Assembly: GCA_038087875.1 (NCBI GenBank)
Contig: CM075989.1
Span: 7,504,001 to 7,568,000 of the forward strand
Length of the DNA: 64,000 nt
Reading direction: 5' to 3'
From: Malacoraja senta
Lineage: Eukaryota
In this document: positions 52,476 to 64,000 of the stretch, one piece after another
How positions within the stretch are numbered: position 1 is the first letter of the stretch
Layout of the letters: every line of letters begins with the position of its first letter
The notes under the pieces: generated by a model
Databases searched by the model: none
What the model saw: the letters and a program-made list of their open reading frames with translations, nothing else
What the model was told of the DNA's origin: nothing
Translations under genes and position numbers: made by a program

Positions 52476-54235
52476 GATGCATGACAAATACATTGAATAC
52501 AATGACAAGTGCAAAACAGCAGAATGATGCAAAGATGAGTGCAATCTGAAATCATGCAAGCAATGCTGAAGTAACAATAACAGAATAACGGAATGAGATG
52601 GAATTAAGATGAAAAATGCATGGCAGCATCCCCGGGAATGGAAAGTGAAAGAAGTTTGATAGCTTTTTGGGGAAGAAACTGTACTTAAGTCCGTATGTCT
52701 GGGCTTTCAAACGCCATATCTTTTTCCAAGACGGTAGAAGATAATAAAGGGAATGGCTGGGGTGCCAGGCATCCATGACGATACCTCCAGCCTTCCTGAT
52801 GCAATGCAACATGAAGATTTACTGGATGGAAGGAAGTGACAAGCCTGTGACGGACTGGGCTGTGTTCACCTATTGTAACGACACGTCAGAACATCGAACT
52901 GTACAGCACAGGAGCAGAACCTTCAGCCCACGATATCTGTGCCAACCATAATGCCAAACTTTATAAACTTCTACCAGGCCAATCTCTCAGCTTCTGACAC
53001 TCCAGTGAAAACAATCCAAGTTTGTCCAACCTCCCCTAATACTGAGGGTGACGGGGAGCTTGGTTCATGTTGTCCTGCCTGACATCTGACACCCCCAGGA
53101 CAGCAAGATCGTCACACCCCCCAGTGCTGAACTGGGACATCTGCTCGGCAAGAAAACCAAAATGCCGGCATCTTGTGGCTGTACCCAAACCACAATATAG
53201 TCACCAACCAAATTAGAGTCATCGAGCTGTGCAGCACGGAAACAGGCCCTTCAGCCCACCTTGTCCATGCCGAGCAAGATAACATACTGAGCTAGTGCCA
53301 TTAGCTTGCATTTGGCCCATATCCCTCTAAACCCTGCCTATCCATACATCAGTCATTGTCTTTTAAAAGTCGTAATTATATTCACTTCCGTAGCTTTTTT
53401 TGGCAGCGCATTCCAGATAACAACTCCCCGACTCCGTGTTTCTCCTCATCTATTTTCCACTTTAAAGACAATCACTTTGTTCCCAATTTCTTACTCCCTC
53501 TCCTCTGCTGCTCACCACATGAGCCAAATGTAAGCTTTCAAGTGCCCTGGTATTTTCTATTTATTTTTGCCATCGCAGGCAAGGCCAGTAATTTATACAG
53601 CCTATTTCAAACCGTTTTTAAGAAGCTGGAGTTGGGGAATCTGCCACCTTGAATCTCTGCCGTCCCTTCTGGTAATGTTAGGGAGTGAGTTCCAGGATTT
53701 AGGCTCAATGACGATGAAGGCAATACATTTACAATGGCCGCCTTGGAGGGAGACCTGGAGGCAGTGATGTCCACATGCACCTTCTGCCCTTGTGTCTCTT
53801 GGTGGTGGAGGTCACAGCTTGATAGCTGGTGTCAGAATGACCTGGGTGAGTAAGTACAGTGCGTTTTGTAAATAGTATACACAGTGGCCACTGCACACAG
53901 TTGTGGGAAGGTTCTTCCAGATGGTGGATAGGATGCTCACCAAGTTGGCTGCTTTAAGTGAACTAGGACTTGTATCTATCTAACTAACCGAAAGTCAAAT
54001 TTTTTTTTAAATTCGGACACAATCGCCATTACACAAATCGAAAAAATAAATTGTACATTTATCAAATTAATGTATTTCGCAAATTTTTTAAGTTTGGTTT
54101 CATTTAAAATGAATGATGTACAATCATTTTTAAAAGTGTGGGAGAATGATTATTCAGGCACTTGGAACAAAATGAATGCAGAAATGTTCTATTTGGCTTA
54201 ATGCTTTTAAACAACTTATCAAGAGAGCCCGAAAG

Positions 54236-54290
54236 ATTGGCCTCCCCCTCTCTTCAACCCCAACTTCCTCTGACTGAGAGGCACGTCATG
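54236..54290 (+). promoter_or_regulatory. Possible internal promoter motifs
   Basis: Reverse CCAAT (ATTGG 54236-54240), C-rich tract, ETS-like ACTTCCT (54263-54269) and CRE-like CACGTCA (54282-54288), all upstream of the candidate exon. Motif matches only. Confidence 0.3.
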
Positions 54291-54363
54291 GCAAATCGAG
54301 ACAGACAGCCCATTTTGCTTTTGCAACCAGCATGTTGAAAGAAGACTTCTCCTGATCGGAATT

Positions 54364-54411
54364 ATGTCGTGGAAGAGATTTTCTATTCCGCATATGAGTC
54401 CTTTCAAGACG
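54364..54411 (+). CDS. Candidate alternative first coding exon MSWKRFSIPHMSPFKT (or 81-nt cassette 54331-54411), phase 0 donor
   Basis: ATG at 54364, 16 open codons and an ACG|gtaggt donor in frame with exon 60277. Lies in a repeat-free block with promoter-like motifs upstream. Confidence 0.5.
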
Positions 54412-55904
54412 GTAGGTGAACGAGTGATTCAGGGCGACCCTGGATCTCCTACTTTGTTGCCATTTAGGTTTGGGAGACGAAAACTTTAATCTTCCTGATT
54501 GTAAATGTCTTTGTGTTGGCTGCCGTTAAGTTGGTTTCCTGTTTATGGTCTGTGTTGTAATAGACTTGCATCTTCAGTGTTAGCGTCTAACATTTCAATG
54601 CAGCTGGTTTTTTTCTTAAAACCTTTCACATATGATTTCGTTTCAGTTCCTGATGGTTAAAAGTGTTCAGTGCTGTTTATTTAAATATAAGCTTCTGATT
54701 TACAAACTAAGTGGAAAACAAAGTACCTTCCAAACTCGATCTGCGAGGCTGTTGTCTTTTTGTAAAACACCAGATCTTGTCGGATTTTACATTGAGCACA
54801 ACTGTCTGGAGAAAACATAGCGTTACATCAAATGAAATGCAAGAGCAGTTATTTGTGCAGCAGTAGTTGTGGTGCAGCTAACACAAAAGTGCAAAACAGA
54901 ACAAAAATGTTCAAAATGACAGCAGGGGCTTAAGGGGCCTTCGACTGGTCCCTGCTGTGTCAAGACAAATTGTTGACGTTCATGTCACAGTAATGGAACT
55001 AGAGATAGTTGTTTCTGGATAAATTGTTCCGTTTTACAAATGGAAGTGTACAAAGCCCAGCAGAATACAACTTGTGACACAGCACAACTTGTGGTCTTCA
55101 CACTTGGTAGTCACAGTGTTCATTAGCATTTGGCTGCATTTCAAAAAAGGACACAAGGTGCTGCAGTACCTCACCAGGTTATCCTGGACCAGCACAGTGG
55201 TGCAGCGTTAGAGCTGCTGCCTACATGTCCCTTGGTTTGATCCTGAGTAGTATGAGTGCTGTCTGTACGGAGTTTGCACGTTCCCCCCCGTGACCGCAGG
55301 GGTTTTCTTCTGGTGCTGCAGTTTCCTCCCACACTCCAAAGAAGTGCAAGTTTGCAGGTTAATTGGCTTTGGGAAAATTGTAAATTAGCACTAGTGTGTA
55401 TGTAGGATAGTGTTAGTGTATGTGGTGATCGCTGGTCAGCGTGAACCCGGTGGGCCAAATGGCCTGTTTCCACACCGTTTCTCTGAAGTCTAAACTCTGC
55501 AAGTTCTGGCAGCATCTCTGGAGATCATGGATAGGTGTTCCAACCCTTTGCCTATCAAAAATCCGTTGTGCTTTGTCCTGCCTCTCCCAGCTTTCTTCTC
55601 CCCTCCCCAACCAGTCTGAGGATGGGTCACGACCCGAAATGCTGCGTATCCATGTTCTCCAGAGATGCTGCCTGACCCGTCGAATTATTCCTGCATTTTG
55701 TGTCCTTTTGGCTGCATTTCAAGTTGTGTGCAGCGGACAAGCAGGTGTCAGAATGAGTTAATCGCTTGCCCTGACTCTAAGCTCCTGCTCCACAGTTGCC
55801 CTGAAGCGTGAGATAGATTTGGTCCCCCTGGTGTTCTGATACACTGTCTTCGGAGTGTGCACCCACTAGTGCAAAACTCCACACAGTCTTCTGCATGTGG
55901 ACTG

Positions 55905-56545
55905 CAGGGGGCAGGTTATTATCTCAATGGGGTTAGGTTAGGCAAGGGGGAGGTGCAGCGAGACCTGGGCGTCCTTGTCCACCAGTCACTGAAAGTTGGC
56001 GTGCAGGTACAGCAGGCAGTGAAGAAAGCTAATGGAATGTTGGCCTTCATAACAAGAGGATTTCAGTATAGGAGTAAAGAGGTTCTTCTGCAGCTGTATA
56101 GGGCTCTGGTGAGACCACATCTGGAGTATTGTGTCCAGTTTTGGTCTCCTAATTTGAGGAAGGACATCCTTGTGATTGAGGCAGTGCAGCGTAGGTTCAC
56201 GAGATTGATCCCTGGGATGGCGGGACTGTCATATGAGGAAAGATTGAAAAGACTAGGTTTGTATTCACTGGAGTTTAGAAGGATGAGGGGGAATCTTATA
56301 GAAACATATAAAATTATAAAAGGACTGGACAAGCTACATGCAGGAAAAATGTTCCCAAAATTGGGGGAGTCCAGAACCAGGGGCCACAGTCTTAGAATAA
56401 AGAGGAAGCCATTTAAGACTGTGGTGAGAAAATACTTTTTCACCCAGAGAGTTGTGAATTTGTGGAATTCTCTGCCACAGAGGGCAGTGGAGGCCAAGTC
56501 ATTGGATGGATTCCTCCTGCACCCATTTTCTATGTTTCTATGACA
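55905..56545 (+). mobile_element. CR1-clade LINE ORF2 3' fragment
   Basis: QRDLGVLVH...LVRPHLEYCVQFWSP...QRVVNLWNSLP; internally deleted tail. Confidence 0.9.
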
Positions 56546-59500
56546 TTAAAACCCTGCCAATGTCCTGAGGATAATGGCAGAGTGACTGACACTAATCGTA
56601 TGTGCAAAGATATGATATCCAAGCTCCAAGGACTGTTAGAGATGGAAAGTAAATGCTAGCTGTGAAAAATAGGATGAGTGTAAATGAGTGGTTGATGGTC
56701 ACCAAGAATTTAGTGGGCCGAAGGGCCTGTTTCCATACTGTATCTCTGTCAGCGAAAGGTCTTCCGCATGTTGCAGAGTGGACAATCTGTCAAAGGCATC
56801 TCTTGTCGCATTCTCACAATATAGATTGCATTTGTTGACTTCATTTGATGCCTTGGTCATATTCAGCCACAGTCTGTATATGTGTGCCTACTAATGTGCT
56901 ACAATGCGTACAAACTCCAGTGACATTTGATTTTGCAAGTAAATAACTGGCACATGGTGAAGGAGAGTGTTTTACAAGATAGTTTGGAGATGTTGCAGTC
57001 ATTATGTACGGTTAAAGTGGTTGGCTCATCACCAGGAAGCTGCATTAAAGGGTTTGTTCATCTCTGATCATCGCACTTACAGACAATGATTGGTTCCTCA
57101 ATGTGTCGCCATATGTAGATATATTTGCTTGAAAGAATTTGAGGTGGGATATAGAGCTGACCTTGAAAATAGGCAGATAGCAAAGCAGTAGGTAACAAAG
57201 ACTGAATACATATTTTCTCCATCTGTTTAAGAATTGGGATCCTATATAACTTTTACTTCCATGGTGGGACAGTAGCACAGCTGGTAGAGCTGCTGCCTCA
57301 CAGAGCCAGAGACCCGAGTTCGATCCCCACCCCCAGTACTGTCTGTGTGGAGTTTGCATGTTCTCCCTGTGACCATGTGGGTTTCTTCCAGTTGCTCCAG
57401 TTTCTTCCCACATCCCAAAGATGTGTGGGTTTGTAGGCGAATTGGCCACTGCAAACTGCCCCCAAGTACGTAGGGAATGGATACGGAAGTTGGACAACAA
57501 ATCAAACTCTACATGAAGTAAAGTCATCAATGGGTGATTGATAATCAGCATGGACTTGGTGGGCCAAAGGGCCTGTTATCTTGCTGTATATTACAATCAA
57601 TCAGTCTAGCCTGTGAACAACCTTGGGAATTAATTGAGAAAACTTTGGATATTTTTTAGCTGGTCAATGGTTACTTATGTGTGGTGTGAACGGAAGATCA
57701 ATGATCAGAGTGGACTCAGTGGGCTGAAGGACCTGTTTCCATTCTGTACCTTTCATACAATTCAATCAATCAGTGATTTCAAAAACACTTCAACTTCATG
57801 GCTGCCATTCTTGGATAGGATCAATTAACCCAGCGCAGGCTGGGAAGTGGAAGTGGAATCCAGTGAGCACATTTTTTGAGAGAGCACAATAGGTTCAGTC
57901 AATATGATTCCATTCAGTGCTTTGTCCACTGCATCTGATGACAAAGCTACGGTTCAAGTCAATTCGTTACACCCTTCTCAGTTGAGCTTTAAGAATTCTC
58001 AAAGCTATCACCGTAGACTCATTGAGTTGTGTTAAAGCTATGTTGTACCAGATCCAAGTTTGAATGAGAAATCAGGTGCAAACAAGATATACAATAGTTT
58101 GAAAGGCTCAAGGGTGGTTTTGAAGTTGTCAAGTTACTAAAATAATCTGGTTGAAGTAAAACCTCTTCTGGCTGCAGAGATTAGGACTAAAGGCCACTGT
58201 CTCAACACCAAAACCATGCCTTGATTTGTGAAGAGGAAGCACTTCTACACGTGGATGGTGGTAGCAAAGTGAAACACTCTTCCAAAAAAAGTTGTCATGG
58301 TTCAATTGTCATTTTTAAGTCTAAGATTAATAGGTTTTTGATAATTGACTGATACAGTATGGAGAAAAGTTGGCTCTGAGAGGTGAAGTCCAAATCATCA
58401 TCTTATTCAACAGCAAACTCAAGGAGCTACATTTCGTCCGGAACCTTTGTTCCTGACCACCAGTGGAGTTAGAAGAGCTAGAGGGATTTTTCAAGAAGAG
58501 TTCTTTAAAGAGGTGGAAGGAGATATGAAGAGCAGGTTGCCAAGCCTGGAATCAGGTCAGCTGAATGGAAAGGCGATTCAGTTTAGTTAATTTATTATTG
58601 TCACGTGTACCGAGGTACAGTGAAAAGCTTTGGTTTGTGTGCTATCGGGTCCACAGTACACCGATAAAGAGTACAACACAGGAAGGCTGGTTGATCAGAA
58701 GCAATTAGGGTGGGGATGAGTTCATAGGAATCCAATCATCTGAGCAGGAGGAGGTAAAGGCTTCAGTGTGGCTGCAGAAGGTCCAGTGTGTGAAGAGTCC
58801 TCTAAATGAAAATGGACTATTTTGAATTCAAAGCCGGTTGAGACAATTGTGATCCTTATATAACACTTTGCCATGTGCATCCAATGAACTGAACTCCAGT
58901 GTAATGTCTTCCCGCTGACTGGATAGCACACAACATACGCTTTCCACTGTACCTCGGTACATGACGATAAACTAAACTGTAAACTGTTATGAATTGTAAA
59001 CTCGTAGCTTCTTTGAGCCTAACCATTAAATTGTCAAAAGAAGATGCTGAGGTTTTCTTTGACTTGTTTCTTGTCAGTTCTTTTCAATCAATTAATCATT
59101 GGTTAACTGCTGGGCCTGGAACAACTTTAAATGGAATTACTGACATTGACAGAATGAGGAACCAGCTGGGTTTTATTATTGATGTTACCAAATCAACGTG
59201 GTTAGTTTCAGAATCAGTAACATGAGGAAACATAATTGTGAACAGTTAAAGAATCTGTTTGCTTCTCTTCATGAATAGCCAACACTAACCAAAAGGCCAC
59301 TAAACTGGTAATACCCACAAAATGCAGGAGTAACCTGGCAGGTCAAGCAGCATCACTGGAGAAAGAACAGGTGGCGTTTCAGATCGGAACCCTACTTGAG
59401 CCTGAAGAAGGGTTCCAACCTGAAGCATCACCTATTCCTTTTCACCAGAGATGCTACCTGACATGCTGAGTTACTCCAGCATTTTGTGTTTATCTTTGGA

Positions 59501-59839
59501 ATAAACCAGCATCTGTTGTTCCTTCTTACACGCACAAAGCCAAAAACTCGTATTCTGACTATTATATAACGGCATTTCCAGTCCTATGTAATCTCTATTC
59601 CCAAGTCGGCTGTGTCTGATCCCAAGGATCTTGAGCCTTCTTAAACTCTACATGAAGTAAAGTCACCAATGGGTGATTGATAATCAGCATGGACTCGGTG
59701 GGCCAAAGGGCCTGTTATCTTGTTGTATATTACAATCAATCAATCAGTCTAGCCTGTGAACAACCTTGGGAATTAATTGAGAAAACTTTGGATATTTTTT
59801 AGCTTGTCAGTTGAGACTGTGGAACAGCATCCTTCTTCC

Positions 59840-60065
59840 CATCAGAACTGCCCCCTCCATCGACTCTTTTAAGTCGAGACTTAAAACTCATCTTTACTCT
59901 CAAGTCTTTCTTGACGTCCTCTGAGGGAGGGCTATATTTATGTATGTACTTAATCTATGAACCACTGTTATATAACGTTAGTACCTCCACCAATGTAAAG
60001 CACTTTGGTCAACGAGAGTTGTTTTTTAAATGTGCTATAGAAATAAAAGTGACTTGAGTTGACTT
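59840..60065 (+). mobile_element. L2-type LINE 3' end
   Basis: SIDSFKSRLKTHLY ORF end, TGTAAAGCACTTTG...TGCTATAGAAATAAA tail and (TGACT)n-like terminus. Confidence 0.7.
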
Positions 60066-60276
60066 ATGTGTTGTGTGTTGGCAAAGTTGTTCTTGTGAGT
60101 GAGAGGGTTGATTCTTGATTCACACTGGCTGTGTGTGCTGCCACAAGCTATATCACGCTATATCAAGCTATATCACGGCTGCAGTTATCACAGGAAGCAG
60201 AGGCGAGGTTCCACTGCCGTGGATATGTAAAAATTGATTGCGCTGTCATCACTGATCACTTCCCTTTGTGTTTTAG

Positions 60277-60412
60277 GAGAAGGAGAAAACAAAAGAGAAG
60301 GACAAGAAATCCACAAATGGCCATGCATTCACTGCCATCTTAGCATATGGCCCACCCCAATGTCACCAGTGCAACAAGAGTATAACCACCCGCGAGGCAT
60401 ATCTCTGTAACA
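60277..60412 (+). CDS. AKAP13: AKAP13 coding exon, 136 nt, phase 0 to 1: EKEKTKEKDKKSTNGHAFTAILAYGPPQCHQCNKSITTREAYLCN (first half of C1 domain)
   Basis: ttttag acceptor and A|gtaagt donor. H-x12-C-x2-C-x11-C pattern of the C1 finger of Lbc-family GEFs. Confidence 0.93.
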
Positions 60413-62334
60413 GTAAGTAACTGGTTTGCTTCACTAGCTGTTATAAGAAATATTCTTTGTGTAAAATGCTGGAGGAATTCCGTGGGTCTGGCAGCTTGTG
60501 GGAAGCGGATGGGCAGACAATGTTTTGGGCCGAGACCTTACTTCAGACGGAAGCAAGGAAGCAGTCATTCAGTGTGGTTCAGTTCAGAGAGGCAGCATGG
60601 AAAACAGGCCTTTCGGCCCATCAAGTCCGTGCTGACCATCGCAATAGTTCTATGTTATCCCACTTTCTCAACCACACCCTACACACTGGAGGCAATTTAC
60701 AGAGATCAATTAACTTATAAACCCGCACACCCATGGGACGTGGGCCGCAACCCGGAGCACTTGGAAGAAACCCAAGCAGTCACAATAAGAACTCTACACA
60801 CGCAGTACCCGAGCTCAGGATCAAACCTGGGTCTCTGGTGCTGTGAGACAGCAGCTCCACCAACTGTGCTATCTGAAGAAGGATCCAGACCTGACACATT
60901 GCCTGTGCATTCCCTGTCCCATTCGCTAAGTTCCTCCAACATGTTTTGGTTTTGTTCAGGATTCCAACATCCACAGTCTTGTGTATCTCCATCTCCTTTA
61001 ACGTCATGCTTTTGAATCCATGACTTACTGACACTTCACTCTGATGGCACATTGAAGGACTATCACTGTCAAGCTTAAAGTTGTGTCTTATTTTCAAACA
61101 ATGCGTAGAAATGATATCTTGGATGGTTGTCTCATATATTGCAATTTAAATATTCTCCTTCGTGTGTGTGTGTGTGTGTGGGGGTGGGGGGGGGGGGTGG
61201 GGGGGGTGTGTGTGTCAACCCACTCCTCCAACAGTGACTTTATGCTTATCCCACTTTTTAATCAATTAGAAACATAGAAAATATGTGCAGGAGGAGGCAC
61301 TTTGACCCTTCGAGCCAGCACCGCCATTCATTGTGATCATGGCTGATCGTCCCCAATCAATAACCCGTGCCTGCCTTCTCCCCATATCCCTTGATTCCAC
61401 TAGCCCCTAGAGCTCTATCTAACTCTCTCTTAAATCCATCCAGTGATTTGGCCTCCACTGCCCTCTGTGGCAGGGAATTCCACAAATTCACAACTCTCTG
61501 GGTGAAAACGTTTTTTCTCACCTCAGTCTTAAATGGCCTCCCCTTTATTCTAAGACTGTGGCCCCTGGTTCTGGACTCGCCCAACATTGGGAATTCATCA
61601 GGTGTCACTCGTATTACAGCTGTCACGTCTCTTCACCTCAGGAATTGCCTTTCTATCTTTCTCTTTATGCTCTTCAGTACTATTTGTAACAAAACTTCTC
61701 ACTATATCTTCTAACTCATTGAGCACTGCTACTGTGACTCAGGTGCTGAGCAAGTGTAAGTTGTTGTTGTTGCAGTAACAAAAGAATATGATATGATTGA
61801 GGCACAAGTCTGGGTCCGTGGTCGAGTATTGTCAACAGGCTGTACTCTCGACATTCATGTGGGCAAGCATTGTCTGTCGGGCCCACATGTTGAACTGTGG
61901 CCTTTTGTCTGCAAGTATTCTGCATGACACGAGACGCTGCTCTCGTTTAATCTTTTAACAGCATCGTTGCTGAAATTAACTTCCAATGCGGGGTGTCTCA
62001 CTTCTTTTCCACACTTGGTATTGAATACAGCCGCAGCAAAGCTCCTCAAGCTGATGCACATTTAGTCCCAGAGACTTTTGTGACCTTTAATAAATCTGAT
62101 TGATTACAATCAGACTGGCTATGTGAAGCGGTTGCTGAATTTGTAGCAGATACTGTACTTTAACCCCATCACTGTACATAAGCTTGTCTTGATGTTAGAG
62201 CAAAAAAAATTCACTCTCGTCGATCTCGTCTAAAGCAGTTATCTTAGTTTTAGTTTAGTTTACAACGTGGAAACAGCTCCTTCCGTCCACTGAGTCCGCA
62301 CCAATGATCACCCATACACTAGCTCGATCCTAGA

Positions 62335-62930
62335 TAGAAACAAAATGCTGGAGTAACTCAGCTGGACAGGCAACATCTCTGGATAGAAGGAATTGGTGAT
62401 GCGTTTAAGAAGGAACTGCAGATGCTGGAAAATCGAAGGTAGACAAAAGTGCTGGAGAAACTCAGCGGGTGCAGCAGCATCTAAGGAGTGAAGGAAATAG
62501 GCAATGTTTCGGGCCGAAACGTTGCCTATTTCCTTCGCTCCATAGATGCTGCTGCACTCGCTGAGTTTCTCCAGCACTTTTGTCTACCTAGGAATTGGTG
62601 ATGCTTCAGGTTGAGACCCTTCTTCAGATTGAGAGTCAGGGGAGAGGGAGACAGAGATATGGAAGGGTAAGGTGTGAAAATGAGAAAAGGGGGACGAAGA
62701 TCAAGGAACATGTAGAATAGATCATTGTTAGCGAGGGGAAGATGACGACAAAGCATACAAAGATAACATTTAATCAGGAGGATAGTCAGACTGGTCGGAG
62801 AACTGGGATGGGGGAATGATGGAGAGAGAGAGAGGGAAAGCAAGGGTAATTTGAAGTTAGAGGTCACTATTCATACCGCTGGGTTGTAAGCTGCCCAAAT
62901 GAAATATGAGGTGCTGTTCCTCTAATTTGA
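62335..62930 (-). mobile_element. Penelope-like element 3' end (GIY-YIG C-terminus plus terminal repeat), with a second tail element nested at 62403-62589
   Basis: Minus strand reads KLEEQHLIFHLGSLQPSGMN, followed downstream by the same terminal sequence as the fold-back elements. The nested copy has the 15-bp duplication AGGAATTGGTGATGC. A related peptide QHLIFCLGSLQPSSMNIEFS lies on + at about 19449-19510. Confidence 0.75.
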
Positions 62931-64000
62931 TTTCTCACACATCCCAAGGACTTGCAGATTTGTAGGTTAATTGTTTTCTGTAAATTGTCCCTTGTGTATA
63001 GGATAGAACCAGTGTACAGGAGATTGTGGGCTGAAGGGCCTGTTTCCACGCTGTGACGCGAACTAATTAAAAGTATTGAAAGGCAGATTCTGGGTTTGAC
63101 CGATGTCCAAATACTTGTTCTCTTTGGATGGTTTGTTTTGAATCGACCTCTGTCCAGTGCTTCTGATTTGTTGTTCTGTGTAGCTCGTGACACATGCTGG
63201 CCACCATCACATGGGACACGTGTAGACCCAAGACAGTGAGCACCAACTTCGCCGCTGTTTAACCACAGGAATGCGGGCCAGCTTCATTGTGTGGCTTCCC
63301 CAGCGGCTTTCATGCCCAACTAGTGCCTCAGAACATGTTCAGTGCCCTGACAACTCTGAACTAACACTTCACCCACTACTCCCACTGCTGCACTCCCAAA
63401 GACCAAGATATGCACATTACTCTTGGATTCCACTGCAATAATGCGCACTATAATGTCTCAGAAGGCAGTGGAGGCCAATTCTCTGGATGCTTTCAAGAGA
63501 TAGTTAGATAGCGGAGATAGCGGAGATAAAGGATATGGGGAGAAGGCAGGAACGGGGTACTGATTGTGGATGATCAGCCATGATCACAGTGAATGGCGGA
63601 GCTGGCTCGAAGGGCCGAATGGCCTACTCCTGCACCTATTGTCTATTGTGTATAAAGGCAGCTTCCTCAGTGGCTTTCATAAGATACAATACGATAGAAC
63701 TTTATTTATCCCAGGAGGGAAAGTGATCTGTCAACTGTCATAAAAAACACAAAATACATGAAACATGAAATTAAAGAGACAAATGAAATGGATTGGGGAT
63801 GTGTAAAGTTTGGGGAGGGGGGGAGTCCATCTCAGTCTCAGTCTACCCCATGACAGAAAGGGGAGGAGTTGTACGGTTTGATAGCCACAGGGATGAGCCT
63901 CAGAACATGTTCTGTGCCCCAACAACTCTGAATTAACACTACTCCCACTGCTGCACTCTCTATAGAGACCAATGCACGCACATTACTCTTGGATTTCACT

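Larger units (their letters stand above)
8780..60412 (+). other. AKAP13: Span of the AKAP13 (A-kinase anchoring protein 13 / AKAP-Lbc) exons found here; the gene continues beyond both window edges
   Basis: Ten exons with AG/GT boundaries and compatible phases. The spliced peptide follows the recalled human AKAP13 order: RSLSPFRRHSWGPGKN..., SLEGLTG..., SLVSL.EE..., PLTKS.SL..., TKV.RTFSYIKNKMSS..., EKEK...NGH.F C1 domain. Confidence 0.9.

Noticed and set aside
60277..60412. Assignment to ARHGEF2 or ARHGEF18 instead of AKAP13
   Set aside because: CNKSIT resembles ARHGEF2, but the upstream exons (RSLSPFRRHSWGPGKN, PIHRRS, SWCPS, RTFSYIKNKMSS) match recalled AKAP13 in sequence and order.

Overview
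Eukaryotic, repeat-dense vertebrate DNA. The repeat content (HE1/V-SINE-type tRNA SINEs with CR1 tails, Penelope-like tails, IR/DR Tc1) points to a cartilaginous fish, probably a skate or ray (inference). The whole window lies inside one + strand gene that I identify as AKAP13 (AKAP-Lbc, Rho-GEF). I traced ten GT-AG coding exons with mutually compatible phases by eye: 8780-8913, 20305-20663, 26274-26327, 29914-29976, 32571-32769, 34519-34603, 40763-40879, 48782-48818, 50774-50909 and 60277-60412. They run from upstream of the RRHSWGP 14-3-3/PKA motif to the first half of the C1 zinc finger. There is also a candidate alternative first or cassette exon at 54331/54364-54411. Most other ORFs in the supplied track are transposon debris or noise. 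Most notable observations: (1) an L1 3' fragment inserted into a splice acceptor, duplicating it as its target site; (2) a pair of phase-matched alternative exons resembling the two human AKAP13 variants and toggling a PKA-type motif; (3) about 20 Penelope-like tail insertions, many folded back at a hammerhead-ribozyme-like core; (4) a candidate internal promoter exon for a short isoform; (5) an inverted repeat next to a 37-nt microexon. No database searches could be run; homology statements rest on recalled sequences.
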